Origin: Macrostomum lignano
Lineage: Eukaryota
Assembly: GCA_002269645.1 (NCBI GenBank)
Contig: NIVC01000587.1
Location: 186,001-250,000, forward strand
Direction of reading: 5' to 3'
Length of the DNA stretch: 64,000 nucleotides
In this document: positions 1-13,461 of the stretch, piece after piece
How positions within the stretch are numbered: position 1 is the stretch's first letter
Layout: every line of letters starts with the position of its first letter
The notes under the pieces: generated by a model
Told to the model about the DNA's origin: nothing
Databases searched by the model: none
The model's input: only the letters and a program-made list of their open reading frames with translations
Program-made: the position numbers and the translations under genes

Positions 1-62
1 AATAGCAGAAACACTAGGGAGATGCCGTAGCCAATGTGACCGATGCTGTGAATCACCCTGAG
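1..62 (-). CDS. Class B1 GPCR exon encoding start of TM1 (truncated by window edge)
   Basis: After acceptor TAG reads LRVIHSIGHIGYGISLVFLL, matching the class B TM1 pattern (GY.xSL). Phase 0. Confidence 0.8.
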
Positions 63-131
63 CTACTCGATGGCAGTGTAGGAATGATGAAGTTGAACAA
101 AATTGATTAAAGTTGAACAGAGCTTGCCTAC

Positions 132-149
132 CTGAGGCACAAAAGTATG
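132..149 (-). CDS. Possible 18-nt micro-exon (HTFVPQ) of the GPCR stalk
   Basis: Strong donor CAG|GTAGGC at 131 opens a 69-nt intron ending in TAG at 63. The acceptor is a weaker AAG. Phase 0/0 preserves the frame. Confidence 0.35.
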
Positions 150-159
150 CTTCAGGTTG

Positions 160-610
160 GGCACGGTAATTAGCAGCCCCACCTCAGCCTGCACCTGATT
201 CAGGCACGGTAATTAGCAGCCCCACCTCAGCCCTCATCTGATTCGGGCACGATAATTAGCAGCCCCACCTCAGCCTGCACCTGATTCGGGCACGGTAATT
301 AGCAGCCCCACCTCAGCCTGCACCTGATTCGGGCACGGTAATTAGCAGCCCCACCTCAGCCTGCACCTGATTCGGGCACGGTAATTAGCAGCCCCACCTC
401 AGCCTACACCAGAGTCGGGCACGGTAATTAGCAGCCCCACCTCAGCCTGCACCTGATTCGGGCACGGTAATTAGCAGCCCCACCTCAGCCTACGCCAGAG
501 TCGGGCACGGTAATTAGCAGCCCCACCTCAGCCTACACCAGAGTCGGGCACGGTAATTAGCAGCCCCACCTCAGCCTACGCCAGAGTCGGGCACGGTAAT
601 TAGCAGCCCC
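160..610. repeat. 43-bp minisatellite, ~10 copies (GPCR intron)
   Basis: Unit gggcacggtaattagcagccccacctcagcctgcacctgattc. Confidence 0.95.
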
Positions 611-631
611 AAGCCTGGCCCAGCCGCTCAC

Positions 632-967
632 CAGTGCAGTGCTGGGCGGGTCGCTCACTGAGCAGGCGGTGAAATTGGTCCAGCCCTCTCCGCGGCCGGG
701 CTTGCCAGCCGGTCGGTGCCAGCTGCCATTGCCAAGGCAACGCCGCCAGGCGAGGCCCCGCCTGTTGAGCTCGTTGACATAGTCGGGACAGGACATGTAC
801 ACTCGAGTGCCAGCGGGAACTCCAGGCCAACAGATGGCGTTGTCGAAGGTTGGCAGACAGCCGGTGGCATTGGCGGCCATGGCGTCTTCAATCAGGGCCT
901 GACAGGTGCGGTTCTCCAGCTCCAAGCGCTTGTACTGCAGCATCTTGGACACCTTGGTCACTTGCAG
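632..967 (-). CDS. Class B1 GPCR, exon encoding HRM ectodomain 2
   Basis: LQVTKV...RTCQ...GCLPTFDNAICWPGVPAG..MSCPDYVNELNRRGLAWRRCLGNGSW...WTNFTAC closely parallels the PTH1R motif [24 protein letters not shown]. Acceptor ttccAG, donor GTGAGC, 336 nt, phase 0/0. Confidence 0.9.
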
Positions 968-2849
968 CTGGAATTTGGGAGGTTCAGCTGGTGAAAAAAT
1001 CCGCCATAGAAGCCTTGAAAGTGTTTATTTATGTACATGTAAGTTTTAAACAGCATGGGATTAATTATCTGTAGCAGTCAGTCAGTGTGTTTGCAATGGA
1101 GCAAGAAATCTGGGCAAACGCATATGGATTACAACGACACACGCTCACACAGCGGCCTTGACTCTCGTGGCCAATACGAGTATTTATGCACGGACACCTA
1201 CACGTTCGCAGCTGTATAATTAAAAAACAATATCATAGCTTGACTCTGCAAAATTCCGTTAAGATGAACTTTTTCTAGGCTTCTCTGAGCGAAGAATATT
1301 AAGTAACCAGGTGGCCTATTTGTCTTCTGTCTGCTTGCATTGCCCTTCCCTACCACCGACTGGCACTCAAATTCTGCTCAGCGTCCAAATGTTTTGCTTC
1401 CTTTTCCACTCTAGGGGAAAGCTCTGTCTATCAGCCTACCCATCTGCCTCAGATTTTTGCCTGTCTCATCTGAGACTCAGCTGAGAAGAAGAGACCGGAG
1501 CAACCAACCTATAGAGGTAGTGTAGAGGTAGGAGAGACTAGGATGATGGAGAGGCGGGGAGGCTGGGGATGGGCTATTTGTCGATTGACGTGAAGCAGAG
1601 GGAAGCGAGAGAGGCCCACCAGAGGCCCATCAGGTATTTGCTCGGCAAACTGGTCAGGCAAATGCTAAGCCGCAACGAAGAGCAAGAAAGGTCTTTTGGG
1701 AAGAAATTTGAATTGCGTAGAAGGAAACGGTGCGGACTGGAAGATGGGAAGCAGAAATTCTTTCGCTGCATCAATTTCTTGACAAGGCTCTGTTTGGCCT
1801 GGCTTAAATTCGGTGTGCTGAAGAGGTGCAGCGGGTGTCTGCCTGGGGTAGGGGGCTTCGGCCATCGCTGCTTCATCAGGATTCTGTTCGCCCGGGCACT
1901 CGCATGTGCCAAACACTTGCAAAGGAAAAGAAGTCGTTTATGAAGGAACTCGCATAGAAACAGATTGAGGATGGGGAAGAGAATTCTGATATTAGCAGTT
2001 GGAGAAGATCAAAGGCAAAATTATCGCGATTCTCGCCGTAGGCATATAGTAGACGAGCGTACAGAAACAGCCGCTCAGAGAACAGGGCAGGGAGGCTGAG
2101 CTTTCTTTCACGATGCAGACAGCAGGAAAGGTCAGTAGTTTCTGCAGGAGAAAGTTCTGGCTATCGAGAGGTGTACAGCTTGTCCTGACTTTCTGATCGT
2201 GGTCAGGCGAGGGTCGGACGCACTCTGCCTAGTTGCTCTCCAGCTGGTGCTGCAGTTAGGGGTGCGGTCTCGCTGCTAAAAAACCAGAGATACTAGAGGG
2301 TTGCCCGCAGCTCTCGTGTGAATATTTATTGATTGCACCCCCTTGGGAAGGGGGTGGCTATAGCTGCAAACTAAAGAGCCACTAGATAGGAAGTATCAAT
2401 TCGATACCTTCACCTGAGCTCTGCCTTTGAGCGGCTTTAAAAACAGGAGAGACGAATAGAAAGGGGAAATCGGCTCTCTGCCTAAACAGGTGGCATAATG
2501 CAAACACAACGGTCGGAGCTCTTAATCAAAAAAACTTCCTCTCTCTCCGACAGAGAACTCTCATCAGCTCTCTGGAGTTTTCCAAAGTCAACAAGTGGCT
2601 GTGGCCAGCGCAGTCAGTCAGTGCGGGACCAAGTTCCATTCTCTAACGATTAGTCTCGAGAGATTATGGGAACACTATGGCTCACTGGGATTTTCGGATT
2701 GGATTTGCGTGTTGCGGATTTGGGACTACTTTGATTGCTAATCTAGTCCTATCAAGAGTAGCAATATTCATTAGTGCTTTTCATACCTGCTAGTTAAAAA
2801 ATTAACTCTCATAGCAACCTCACACTACGCAGTGCTAGTTCTATTAATC

Positions 2850-3716
2850 AGAGTGCAACCACAGGGATATCAGAGTGCAATCCATAAAGATCAGAGTGCA
2901 ATCCATAGGGATCAGAGTGCAACCCCCAGGGATCAGAGTGCAACCCATATTGATCAGAGTGCAACCCCCAGGGATCAGAGTGCAACCCATAGGAATAAGA
3001 GTGCAATCCATAGAAATCAGAGTGCAATCCATAGGGATCAGAGTGCAATTCATAGGGATCAGAGTGCAATTCATAGGGATCAGAGTGCAATTCATAGGGA
3101 TCAGAGTGCAACCCACAGGGATCAGAGTGCAACCCCAGGGATCAGAGTGCAACCCATAGGAATAAGAGTGCAATCCATAGAAATCAGAGTGCAATCCATA
3201 GGGATCAGAGTGCAATTCATAGGGATCAGAGTGCAACCCACAGGGATCAGAGTGCAACCCCCAGGGATCAGAGTTCAACTCATATTGATCAGAGTGCAAC
3301 CCATAGGGATCAGAGTGCAATCCATAGGGATATCAGAGTGCAACCACAGGGATCAGAGTGCAATCCATAGGGATCAGAGTGCAATCCATAGAGATCAGAG
3401 TGCAATCCATAGGGATTAGAGTGCAATCCATAGGGATCAGAGTGCAATCCATAGAGATCAGAGTGCAATCCATAGGGATTAGAGTGCAATCCATAGAGAT
3501 CAGAGTGCAACCCCCAGGGATCAGAGTGCAACCCCCAGGGATCAGAGTGCAACCCACAGGGATCAGAGTGCAACCACAGGAATCAGAGTGCAACCACAGG
3601 AATCAGAGTGCAATCCATAGGGATCAGAGTGCAACCCACAGGGATCAGAGTGCAATCCATAGGGATCAGAGTGCAACTCACAGGGATCAGAGTGCAACCC
3701 ACAGAGATCAGAGTGG
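2850..3716. repeat. 21-bp minisatellite A, ~41 copies
   Basis: Unit gggatcagagtgcaatccata with variants. Confidence 0.95.
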
Positions 3717-3724
3717 GCCACTCT

Positions 3725-4785
3725 AGGAATCCAAGTGAGAATTCCAAGAATCCGCGTGCGAATTCCAAGAATCCGAGTGCGAATTCCAAGAATCCGAGTG
3801 CGAATTCCAAGAATCCGAGTGCGAATTCCAAGAATCTGAGTGCGAATTCAAAGAATCCGAGTGCGAATTCCAAGAATCCGAGTGCGAATTCCAAGAATCC
3901 GAGTGCGAATTCCAAGAATCCGAGTGCGAATTCCAAGAATCTGAGTGCGAATTCAAAGAATCCGAGTGCGAATTCCAAGAATCCGAGTGCGAATTCCAAG
4001 AATCTGAGTGCGAATTCAAAGAATCCGAGTGCGAATTCCAAGAATCCGAGTGCGAATTCCAAGAATCCGAGTGCGAATTCCAAGAATCCGAGTGCGAATT
4101 CCAAGAATTTGAGTGCGAGTTCAAAGAATCCGAGTGCGAATTCCAAGAATCTGAGTGCGAATTCAAAGAATCTGAGTGCGAATTCAAAGAATCCGAGTGC
4201 GAATTCCAAGAATCTGAGTGCGAATTCAAAGAATCCGAGTGCGAATTCCAAGAATCTGAGTGCGAATTCCAAGAATCCGAGTGCGAATTCCAAGAATCTG
4301 AGTGCGAATTCAAAGAATCCGAGTGCGAATTCCAAGAATCCGAGTGCGAATTCCAAGAATCTGAGTGCGAATTCAAAGAATCCGAGTGCGAATTCCAAGA
4401 ATCCGAGTGCGAATTCCAAGAATCCGAGTGCGAATTCCAAGAATCTGAGTGCGAATTCAAAGAATCCGAGTGCGAATTCCAAGAATCCGAGTGTGAATTC
4501 CAAGAATCTGAGTGCGAATTCAAATAATCCGAGTGTGAATTCAAAGAATCTGAGTGCGAATTCAAAGAATCCGAGTGCGAATTCAAAGAATCCGAGTGCG
4601 AATTCAAAGAATCCGAGTGCGAATTCAAAGAATCCGAGTGTGAATTCCAAGAATCTGAGTGCGAATTCAAAGAATCTGAGTGCGAATTCCAAGAATCCGA
4701 GTGCGAATTCAAAGAATCCGAGTGCGAATTCAAAGAATCCGAGTGTGAATTCCAAGAATCTGAGTGCGAATTCAAAGAATCCGAG
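3725..4785. repeat. 21-bp minisatellite B, ~50 copies
   Basis: Unit aagaatccgagtgcgaattcc, with GAATTC in nearly every unit. Confidence 0.95.
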
Positions 4786-4824
4786 TGCGAGAAGCGCAAG
4801 CCGCAACTTGGAAGAAAGACGCAC

Positions 4825-5253
4825 CCGTTTAGCCAAATAATCGAACGATTCCTTTGACCGGCAGGCGCTGTAGTTGCTATACGAGCTGCCAATCACCATT
4901 GACGCTGTCGAGTTACGCAACGCCGAAGCCACCGCCGGCGATGCAGCCGAGGCCGGGAATTCCCAACGGCCGTCTGGCTGGCAGCGACGCCAGGCGAAGC
5001 CGCCGCTCTCGAAGACAGGCGTCGGGCAGGGCACGCGGGCCTCGGCTCCCGCCGGGGTGCGCGGCCAGCAGGCGAATCCGTCGAATGCGGCCGGGCAGAA
5101 TCGCCGCCGAGACGACGAGGCGGAGCCGCCGTCCAGCGCGGCCAGCAAGCGGAACGCCGCCGATCGGACAGTCTGGACTGAGCAGGCCGCCTCCTGGCGC
5201 CGGAGCTCCTCTTCCGCTTCCGTTGGCGAGGAGGCGGCCACGGCTCCAGCCAG
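4825..5253 (-). CDS. Class B1 (secretin-family, PTH-receptor-like) GPCR, exon encoding hormone-receptor (HRM) ectodomain 1
   Basis: Translation LAGAVAASS...EAAC...RFCPAAFDGFACWPRTPAG..VPCP...FAWRRCQPDGRW...YSNYSAC has the six Cys and the Asp/Trp/Pro residues of the HRM fold. Acceptor ctcataccAG before 5253, donor GTGCGT after 4825, 429 nt, phase 0/0. The upstream signal-peptide exon was not located. Confidence 0.85.
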
Positions 5254-6345
5254 CTGGTATGAGAGTAAAGGGGAGTTTCATGCTATTCAGCATCCGTCTC
5301 CATCTCTCACTGATGTTCCATCTTTTCCTTACTAAAGTTATTTTATCTTTCTTCGCCTTTTGGTTCCTTCTGGCGCCCTTCATTACCTTCTTGCGCCCTT
5401 CAGTCTCTTCAACCAACCCTCTTTTTTGAGGCAGGGGGCACCTGGGCGCACTTTAAGCGACATTGTCGCACTACCGGCGAGAGGCATTGCTGCCCATTTC
5501 GCCGACTCCCCTGAGCAGGCACACAAGCGCGCGGATACGTACGCAGTCATACGCACAGGCACACACTCACACAGGAGTGTACAGCGGCCCTAACTTTATT
5601 TATCGCTAGGTATGTACACTTCACTGTGCCTTGGGGGTTGGTTCTCAAGCGCCGCGCTGGACCACTAGGCTACGGAATCCCTTTTACCATCCCTCTCCAA
5701 CCGGCAAATCTCCAGCTGCCTCCTTCATCACTGTCCCCGCCCTACAATCCAGCATCTGTGCTTGCGAATCCCAGTCCAGTCAGAATCAAGTACAGTGTGT
5801 AAAGTCCTTTTCTGCCGCGATTTTATCCCAGGATTTGACAGGAGAGGCTCCGGTCTCCTTATTCGTCATCTGGCTGTGTGGGATTTTCGACAGGTGGCTT
5901 TTTGGCGTATAAATGATGGAATAGGGATGGAATAAAGAGAGTGAAAAAATAAGTTTCTGGCTAGGGGGTATGCATGTCCCCTTCAGTTTTGCACTTTCTG
6001 TGAGCTGTTTCTAACAAAAACTTCTAAGAAAGTTTTGTTCTGAAGAAACAAGAGCCTGTTTATCACCTGTCAGCTTCTATCCATCATCTTGAGTTGGCAC
6101 TCGCATCTGGTGAGAGAGAGGCAAGCAGATGGTGGCTATCAGTAGCTGGATTGGATTTATCTTTTTGAGAATCCCGGATGTTCGTGTGCAGCTGATGCGG
6201 CTGCTTAAGCCCTTCTTGATCTAATTTTGTACCTCTGCTTGGACTTTCTGAACTCCATTTGAAGAGTTTTAAATATAGATGGGGATGCGCGCAGAGACTC
6301 GCAGTATTTTCAGGGCACCGAATTTATCAGTTTATCAATCTACCT

Positions 6346-6880
6346 AACAATCAATCAATAGGGCGCCAGTCTGACCAATCAATCAATCAATAGGGTGCCA
6401 GTCTGATCAATCAATCAATCAATAGGGCGCCAGTCTGATCAATCAATCAATCAATAGGGCGCCAGTCTGATCAATCAATCAATCAATAGGGCGCCAGTCT
6501 GACCAATCAATCAATCAATAGGGCGCCAGTCTGATCAATCAATCAATCAATAGGGCGCCAGTCTGATCAATCAATCAATCAATAGGGCGCCAGTCTGATC
6601 AATCAATCAATAGGGCACCAGTCTGATCAATCAATCAATAGGGCGCCATCTGATCAATCAATCAATAGGGCGCCAGTCTGATCAATCAATCAATAGGGCG
6701 CCAGTCTGATCAATCAATCAATAGGGCGCCAGTCTGATCAATCAATCAATAGGGCGCCAGTCTGATCAATCAATCAATAGGGCGCCAGTCTGATCAATCA
6801 ATCAATAGGGCGCCAGTCTGATCAATCAATCAATAGGGCGCCAGTCTGATCAATCAATCAATAGGGCGCCAGTCTGATCA
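6346..6880. repeat. 28/32-bp minisatellite
   Basis: Unit (caat)n-agggcgccagtctgat with a variable number of CAAT. Confidence 0.95.
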
Positions 6881-7369
6881 CACGCCTCAAAGCAGACTGA
6901 CTGTCTCTCGCACATTGTCACGTTGTTCTCACACAAATGTCTCCAATTTAGGCTATCGCTTTCAACGGTACACTAACATCTTTCATTTTGCAAAGGTATA
7001 ATTTTTTCCGGAAAAATCCCGGTAGCCTTGAACGTCTCAATTGGGCGAACAGCCGCAGGTGTCTGCCGTGCCGGTCAAGAACTCCGCACTTCCGGCTAAG
7101 GTGGAACTGATAACCGTCGCTTCTTCAAGGATGTGGAGGCGGGGAAGGCAGCAGCGGGGATCGGGGAGGGCTGTGTCAGTGTGGGGTGCCCGAGAGGGGT
7201 CGAAGACCCCAGGAGAGGCTACATGTCAGATTAACATTGTGAGTTAATATTGGCAGGCAAAGAGACAAAGAGTTCATCACGAAAAATGATAATCATTTCA
7301 ACTTCGTGCATCCTATATGAGCGGTGAATGGAAAGTTGGGAGCATTGTAAATATGATTAATAATACATC

Positions 7370-7730
7370 CTGGTAATCTATGAGGATAATGGATTATCGA
7401 TGTTGTTAATCTATGAGAAATAATGGATTATCGATGTTGTTAATCTATGAGAAATAATGGATTATCGATGTTATTAATCTGTGAGGAATGATGGATTGTC
7501 GATGTTGTTAATCTATGAGAAATAATGGATTATCGATGTTGTTAATCTATGAGAAATAATGGATTATCGATGTTATTAATCTGTGAGGAATGATGGATTG
7601 TCGGTGTTGTTAATAAATGAGGAATAATGGATTATCGATGTTGTTAATCCATGAGAATGGATTATCGATGTTGTTAATCCATGAGAATGGATTATCGATG
7701 CTGTTAATCCATGAGAATGGATTATCAATT
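7370..7730. repeat. 34/30-bp minisatellite
   Basis: Unit ggattatcgatgttgttaatctatgagaaataat, shortening to 30 bp at the right end. Confidence 0.9.
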
Positions 7731-8099
7731 AGTCTTTGGGTATCTTATTTGGCAAAGGTAGGAAGACACTTAACCAAAAACAGCTCGACAAAAACAGGAT
7801 GCTATTGAGGAACCTCAAACAATTTTTGACTCAAATTTCAGTCAAAGACCCAACTAGCTCGTAGCTCTGTTCGTGCTGTGCCGTATTTCTTTTTGAGTTC
7901 ATCAGTTTGGCTAATCAAACACTGACAGTAAACTCAGGCAGCCTGCTTTGTAACCCTAGCCAGCTAAGCTTAAAATCTTAGATAACTGCTGTGGCTCGCT
8001 GACATTAGCGGGAAAATATCGGCGGAAAGGAAACTTGCAGTAAAAGACGCGAGGTGCTGCATGCTTTATACGCTCGTAGTAGCTCGTAGAAGGGAGAAG

Positions 8100-8812
8100 G
8101 TAGGATGGGAGAGGGAGAGGGCGGATGGGAGAGGGAGAGGGCGATTTGGAGAGCAGGGAGCGGATGAGAGAGGAGGGAGCGGGTGGAAGAGGGAGAGAGC
8201 GGATAAGAAAGGAGAGAGCGGATGGGAGAGGAGAGAGCGGATGGGAGAGGAGGGAGCGGGTGGAAGAGGGAGAGAGCGGATGGGAAAGGAGAGAGCGGAT
8301 GGGAGAGGAGAGAGCGGATGGGAGAGGAGGGAGAAGCTGGGAGATGAGGGAGCAAATGGGAGAGGAAGAGAGCGGATGGGAGAGGAGGGAACGGTTGGAA
8401 GAGGGAGAGAGCGGATGGGAGGGGAGGGAGCAAATGGGAGAGGAGGGAGCAAATGGGAGAGGAGGGAGCGGATGGGAGAGGAGGGAGCGGATGGGAGAGG
8501 AGGGAGCGGATGGGAGAGGAGGGAGCGGATGGGAGAGGAGGGAGCGGATGGGAGAGGAGGGAGCGGATGGGAGAGGAGGAAGCGGATGGGAGAGGAGGGA
8601 GCGAATGGGAGGTAGAGAGCGGATGGGAGAGGAGGGAGCGGATGTGAGAGGGAGAGAGCGGATGGGAGAGGAGGGAGCGGATGGGAGAGGGAGAGAGCGG
8701 ATGGGAGAGGAGGGAGCGGATGTGAGAGGGAGAGAGCGGGTGGGAGAGAGAGAGAGCGGATGGGAGAGGAGGGAGCGGGTGGGAGAGGTAGAGAGCGGAT
8801 GGGAGAGACAGC
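8100..8812. repeat. 19-bp purine-rich minisatellite
   Basis: Unit gagggagcggatgggagag. Confidence 0.9.
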
Positions 8813-9294
8813 AGGCTAAAGGAGAGAAGTTTTAAACAAATGCGCCGATAGCAGCAAGGATCGAAAATCTGAGTACCTGAGGTGGCTAGGAGAAGATAAG
8901 TTGGCAGGAATATAAAATTTGGGAATACAAAGATCACTCTTCTAAACTGAATCGGATTTCAACACCACAGATCTGCGCGGCCTCACCAAGCAGACTCCGC
9001 AGAGCTGATGAAGCAGCTGGGCGCAGAGCCAGAATCCTAAAATGCTTCGTCGCATTTCTGGCGCGTCTAAGACTTTATTGATTTTGTCAGAGTCCTTTAA
9101 GCGAATCTTGGTGAAGCGTTGCAGCTGATTGTGTCGAAGCCGAAATGCTTCATCCAAGCGTCTAAATCTGCCTTTAAAGCCAATCCACTCACTGACCAAT
9201 GGCGGACCGGGGGGTAGCTGAGAGGGTTTCGGGTTGGTTCTCACGGCGTGAACTATTAAAAAACAGGGATATGAGATCATTGGTTAAAATGGAG

Positions 9295-10240
9295 GTAACT
9301 GTGGTAGAAGGAGGAGCTGCAGGAGTAGATAGGGGTGCAGTGTTGTGGTAGAGGGAGGAGCTACAGGAGTAGATAGGGGTGCAGTGTTGTTGTAGAGGGA
9401 GGAGCTACAGGAGTAGATAGGGGTGAAGTGTAGTGGTAGAGGGAGGAGCTGCAGGAGTAGATAGGGTGAAGTGTAGTGGTAGAAGGAGGAGCTGCAGGAG
9501 TAGATAGGGGTGCAGTGTTGTGGTAGAGGGAGGAGCTACAGGAGTAGATAGGGGTGCAGTGTTGTGGTAGAGGGAGGAGCTACAGGAGTAGATAGGGGTG
9601 AAGTGTAGTGGTAGAGGGAGGAGCTACAGGAGTAGATAGGGGTGCAGTGTTGTGGTAGAGGGAGGAGCTACAGGAGTAGATAGGGGTGCAGTGTTGTGGT
9701 AGAGGGAGGAGCTACAGGAGTAGATAGGGGTGCAGTGTTGTGGTAGAGGGAGGAGCTACAGGAGTAGATAGGGGTGCAGTGTTGTGGTAGAGGGAGGAGC
9801 TACAGGAGTAGATAAGGGTGCAGTGTTGTGGTAGAGGGAGGAGCTACAGGAGTAGATAGGGGTGCAGTGTTGTGGTAGAGGGAGGAGCTACAGGAGTAGA
9901 TAGGGGTGCAGTGTTGTGGTAGAGGGAGGAGCTACAGGAGTAGATAGGGGTGCAGTGTTGTGGTAGAGGGAGGAGCTACAGGAGTAGATAAGGGTGCAGT
10001 GTTGTGGTAGAGGGAGGAGCTACAGGAGTAGATAGGGGTGCAGTGTTGTGGTAGAGGGAGGAGCTACAGGAGTAGATAGGGGTGCAGTGTTGTGGTAGAG
10101 GGAGGAGCTACAGGAGTAGATAGGGGTGCAGTGTTGTGGTAGAGGGAGGAGCTACAGGAGTAGATAGGGGTGCAGTGTTGTGGTAGAGGGAGGAGCTACA
10201 GGAGTAGATAGGGGTGCAGTGTTGTGGTAGAGGGAGGAGC
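9295..10240. repeat. 44-bp minisatellite, ~21 copies
   Basis: Unit ggtgcagtgttgtggtagagggaggagctacaggagtagatagg. Confidence 0.95.
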
Positions 10241-10789
10241 GGTAGAAAGTGACACAGGAAAGGTATGATTGAGATGCATAGAAGTCAGAGAAAAGTATCT
10301 CATTTTCACAAAACTGACAAAAAGACGGTGCCTTTTAAGCGACTTTTACTCTACATTTTACCTCTCCAGGAGGCAAAGATCGAGAGGCAGTCAATGAAAC
10401 TCGACAACAAAGCGGGGATAATCTGCAATTGAACGAATTCTTGGACAATAAAACTGCTCAGAGCTGGAGTAAAGTATGATAATACAGGCTTTAATCTTCA
10501 ATCAAAAGGCAACATCCGCAAAGCAGGCAGCGGTTATTTAATTCTCATGAATAGAATGCTAAATATAACCCTGGGCTTTGTTTTGTACATCACAGCATTC
10601 TCCCATGCCGCTCAGTCAGAGGAATTCTGCCTGTGACTGCTGTTCATAGCCGGTGAAGGGAAGATAAAAAGATACCGAAGCCCAGGCAGGATGAGGCAGG
10701 GACGCCATGAACAAGAAGCTGGACTGGCGGCTTTTCCCCCAGTTGTCTTTTTATGCTTTGAAGGGGCCTTTGGGGGCTGCCGCAAATCA

Positions 10790-11245
<456 letters not shown>

Positions 11246-11527
11246 CGTCAGACATTTCTCGCAATGCGCTTAAAGTGCAATCTTGATTCGCCTGCCCATT
11301 CGGGCAAATGGAAGCTGTCAGACTAAAAAGGGATTCTTCATGACGAATCGCCGGATATGGCATTGAGGAATTGAGGAAATTTCAACTGCCATTTAGCAGT
11401 CAGGAAGTTTTACTGGATGCTGATATCGGGCTGGGGTTGTAAAAAATAAAGTTTTTGTCGGTCAAGAACGTGTGCGCCATGCCGAGACCGCTAATTGAAA
11501 TGTCAGGTCTGTAGGATGCTCAGGTCT

Positions 11528-11705
11528 GGGCGATGACTATAGGGAACTGGGGAATCACAGGGCGGTGACTATAGGGAACTGGGGAATCATTGGGCGATGA
11601 CTATAGGGAATTGGGAATCACAGGGCGGTGACTATAGGGAACTAGGGAATCATTGGGCGATGACTATAGGGAACAGGGGAATCATTGGGCGCAAGGACTA
11701 TAGGC
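11528..11705. repeat. 33-bp minisatellite, ~5 copies
   Basis: Unit atgactatagggaactggggaatcacagggcgg. Confidence 0.85.
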
Positions 11706-12000
11706 AACGGGAAAATTACAGCCTCAAAACACCGAGCATCTGGGCATCAAAATTTGATGCATAGTCCAAGTCGTTGCAGCTGCGAAATGCTAAATAATTC
11801 ACCACCACCAGAGGAGCCGTCTGCATCCCCTGGTGTACTTCTCTCTCCTTCCCAATCCCATCAAAGTTTCCGCTGGAAAAAAATAAGATAAAGTTCGCAT
11901 AGTGAAGTAACTCTTCGAGCCAACCACTAATCGAATTGGGCACAGAGTGGCACGGACCAGGAATTCATTTCAAGGAGGTCGCATACATGAGGATTTTATA

Positions 12001-12015
12001 GTCTGTCTGTCTGCG

Positions 12016-12052
<37 letters not shown>

Positions 12053-12055
12053 TAG

Positions 12056-12104
<49 letters not shown>

Positions 12105-12107
12105 TAG

Positions 12108-12184
<77 letters not shown>

Positions 12185-12269
12185 GCCTGTCTGTCTGTCT
12201 GTCTTAGTGTCTGTCTGTCTGTCTTAGTGTCTGTCTGTCTGTGTCTGTCTGTCTGTCTGTCTGTCTGCC

Positions 12270-12303
<34 letters not shown>
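12001..12303 (-). repeat. (GACA)n microsatellite on the minus strand
   Basis: (GTCT)n with several CTTAGTGT interruptions. Confidence 0.97.
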
Positions 12304-12304
<1 letters not shown>

Positions 12305-12963
12305 TCCAAGTGAATAAGCACGCATCCCAGGACCACCCAGAGTAAAGTTGAGGAATTGATCCCTCCGGTTTGCCTTCTCTGCTCGCGCTGCCCTGCGCTG
12401 CGGGCCGGAGGCAAACAGGCCGATCATCTCTGGCTGCTCAAACTTGGAGCCGGGGCAAGAAAGGCGATGAGCACGCATTCAGGAAAAGCAGGGGATTCGA
12501 AGATCTGCTGCTTTCCCCGCTCTCTCCCAACCTCCCATCTCTCTTCATCCCGATGTCAGGCTCTCCGTTGCCTTTCTGCACCAATTTGATTCGCTGGAAA
12601 GTGCTCCGGCGGCTCTCAGATATTCCCAACTGCCGCTGCGGGATGCGGCAAGCCAGGCGGGAGAACAGAAGTCTGAAGAGTTGACCTTCAGAGTATTCTC
12701 ATTTATATTCCACTTTGAAAACAAATTTATCATCGAACAAAAATGTGAAAGTCGGCAAGCTGTGTGGCCACTGTTGAAAACTTAAAAATTCAGTTTCACG
12801 GATGAGCCCACGGCTTCACTTCCTGATTAAGCAGGGGTTTGGGGCGGCATCTGATTCCGGGATTAAATGACCATCTGAGGCAGTTCTTTCTGCTCAAAAA
12901 CAAACAGCAATGGCAACGTGAAATTATGAAAACAGATGTTTTGACAGAAAAGGCGATTGCAAC

Positions 12964-13461
<498 letters not shown>

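Noticed and set aside
1569-1943. Overlapping 85-124 aa ORFs in the GPCR intron
   Set aside because: No recognisable motifs or clear splice signals.
3583-4824. Apparent (LGFLEFA)n / (NSKNPSA)n extension of the GPCR ORF
   Set aside because: Read-through past the GTGCGT donor into an intronic 21-bp array.
8942-10470. Possible minus-strand exons (~10470-10370 and ~9174-8985)
   Set aside because: Phases are compatible, but there is no recognisable homology and plus-strand readings are equally plausible.
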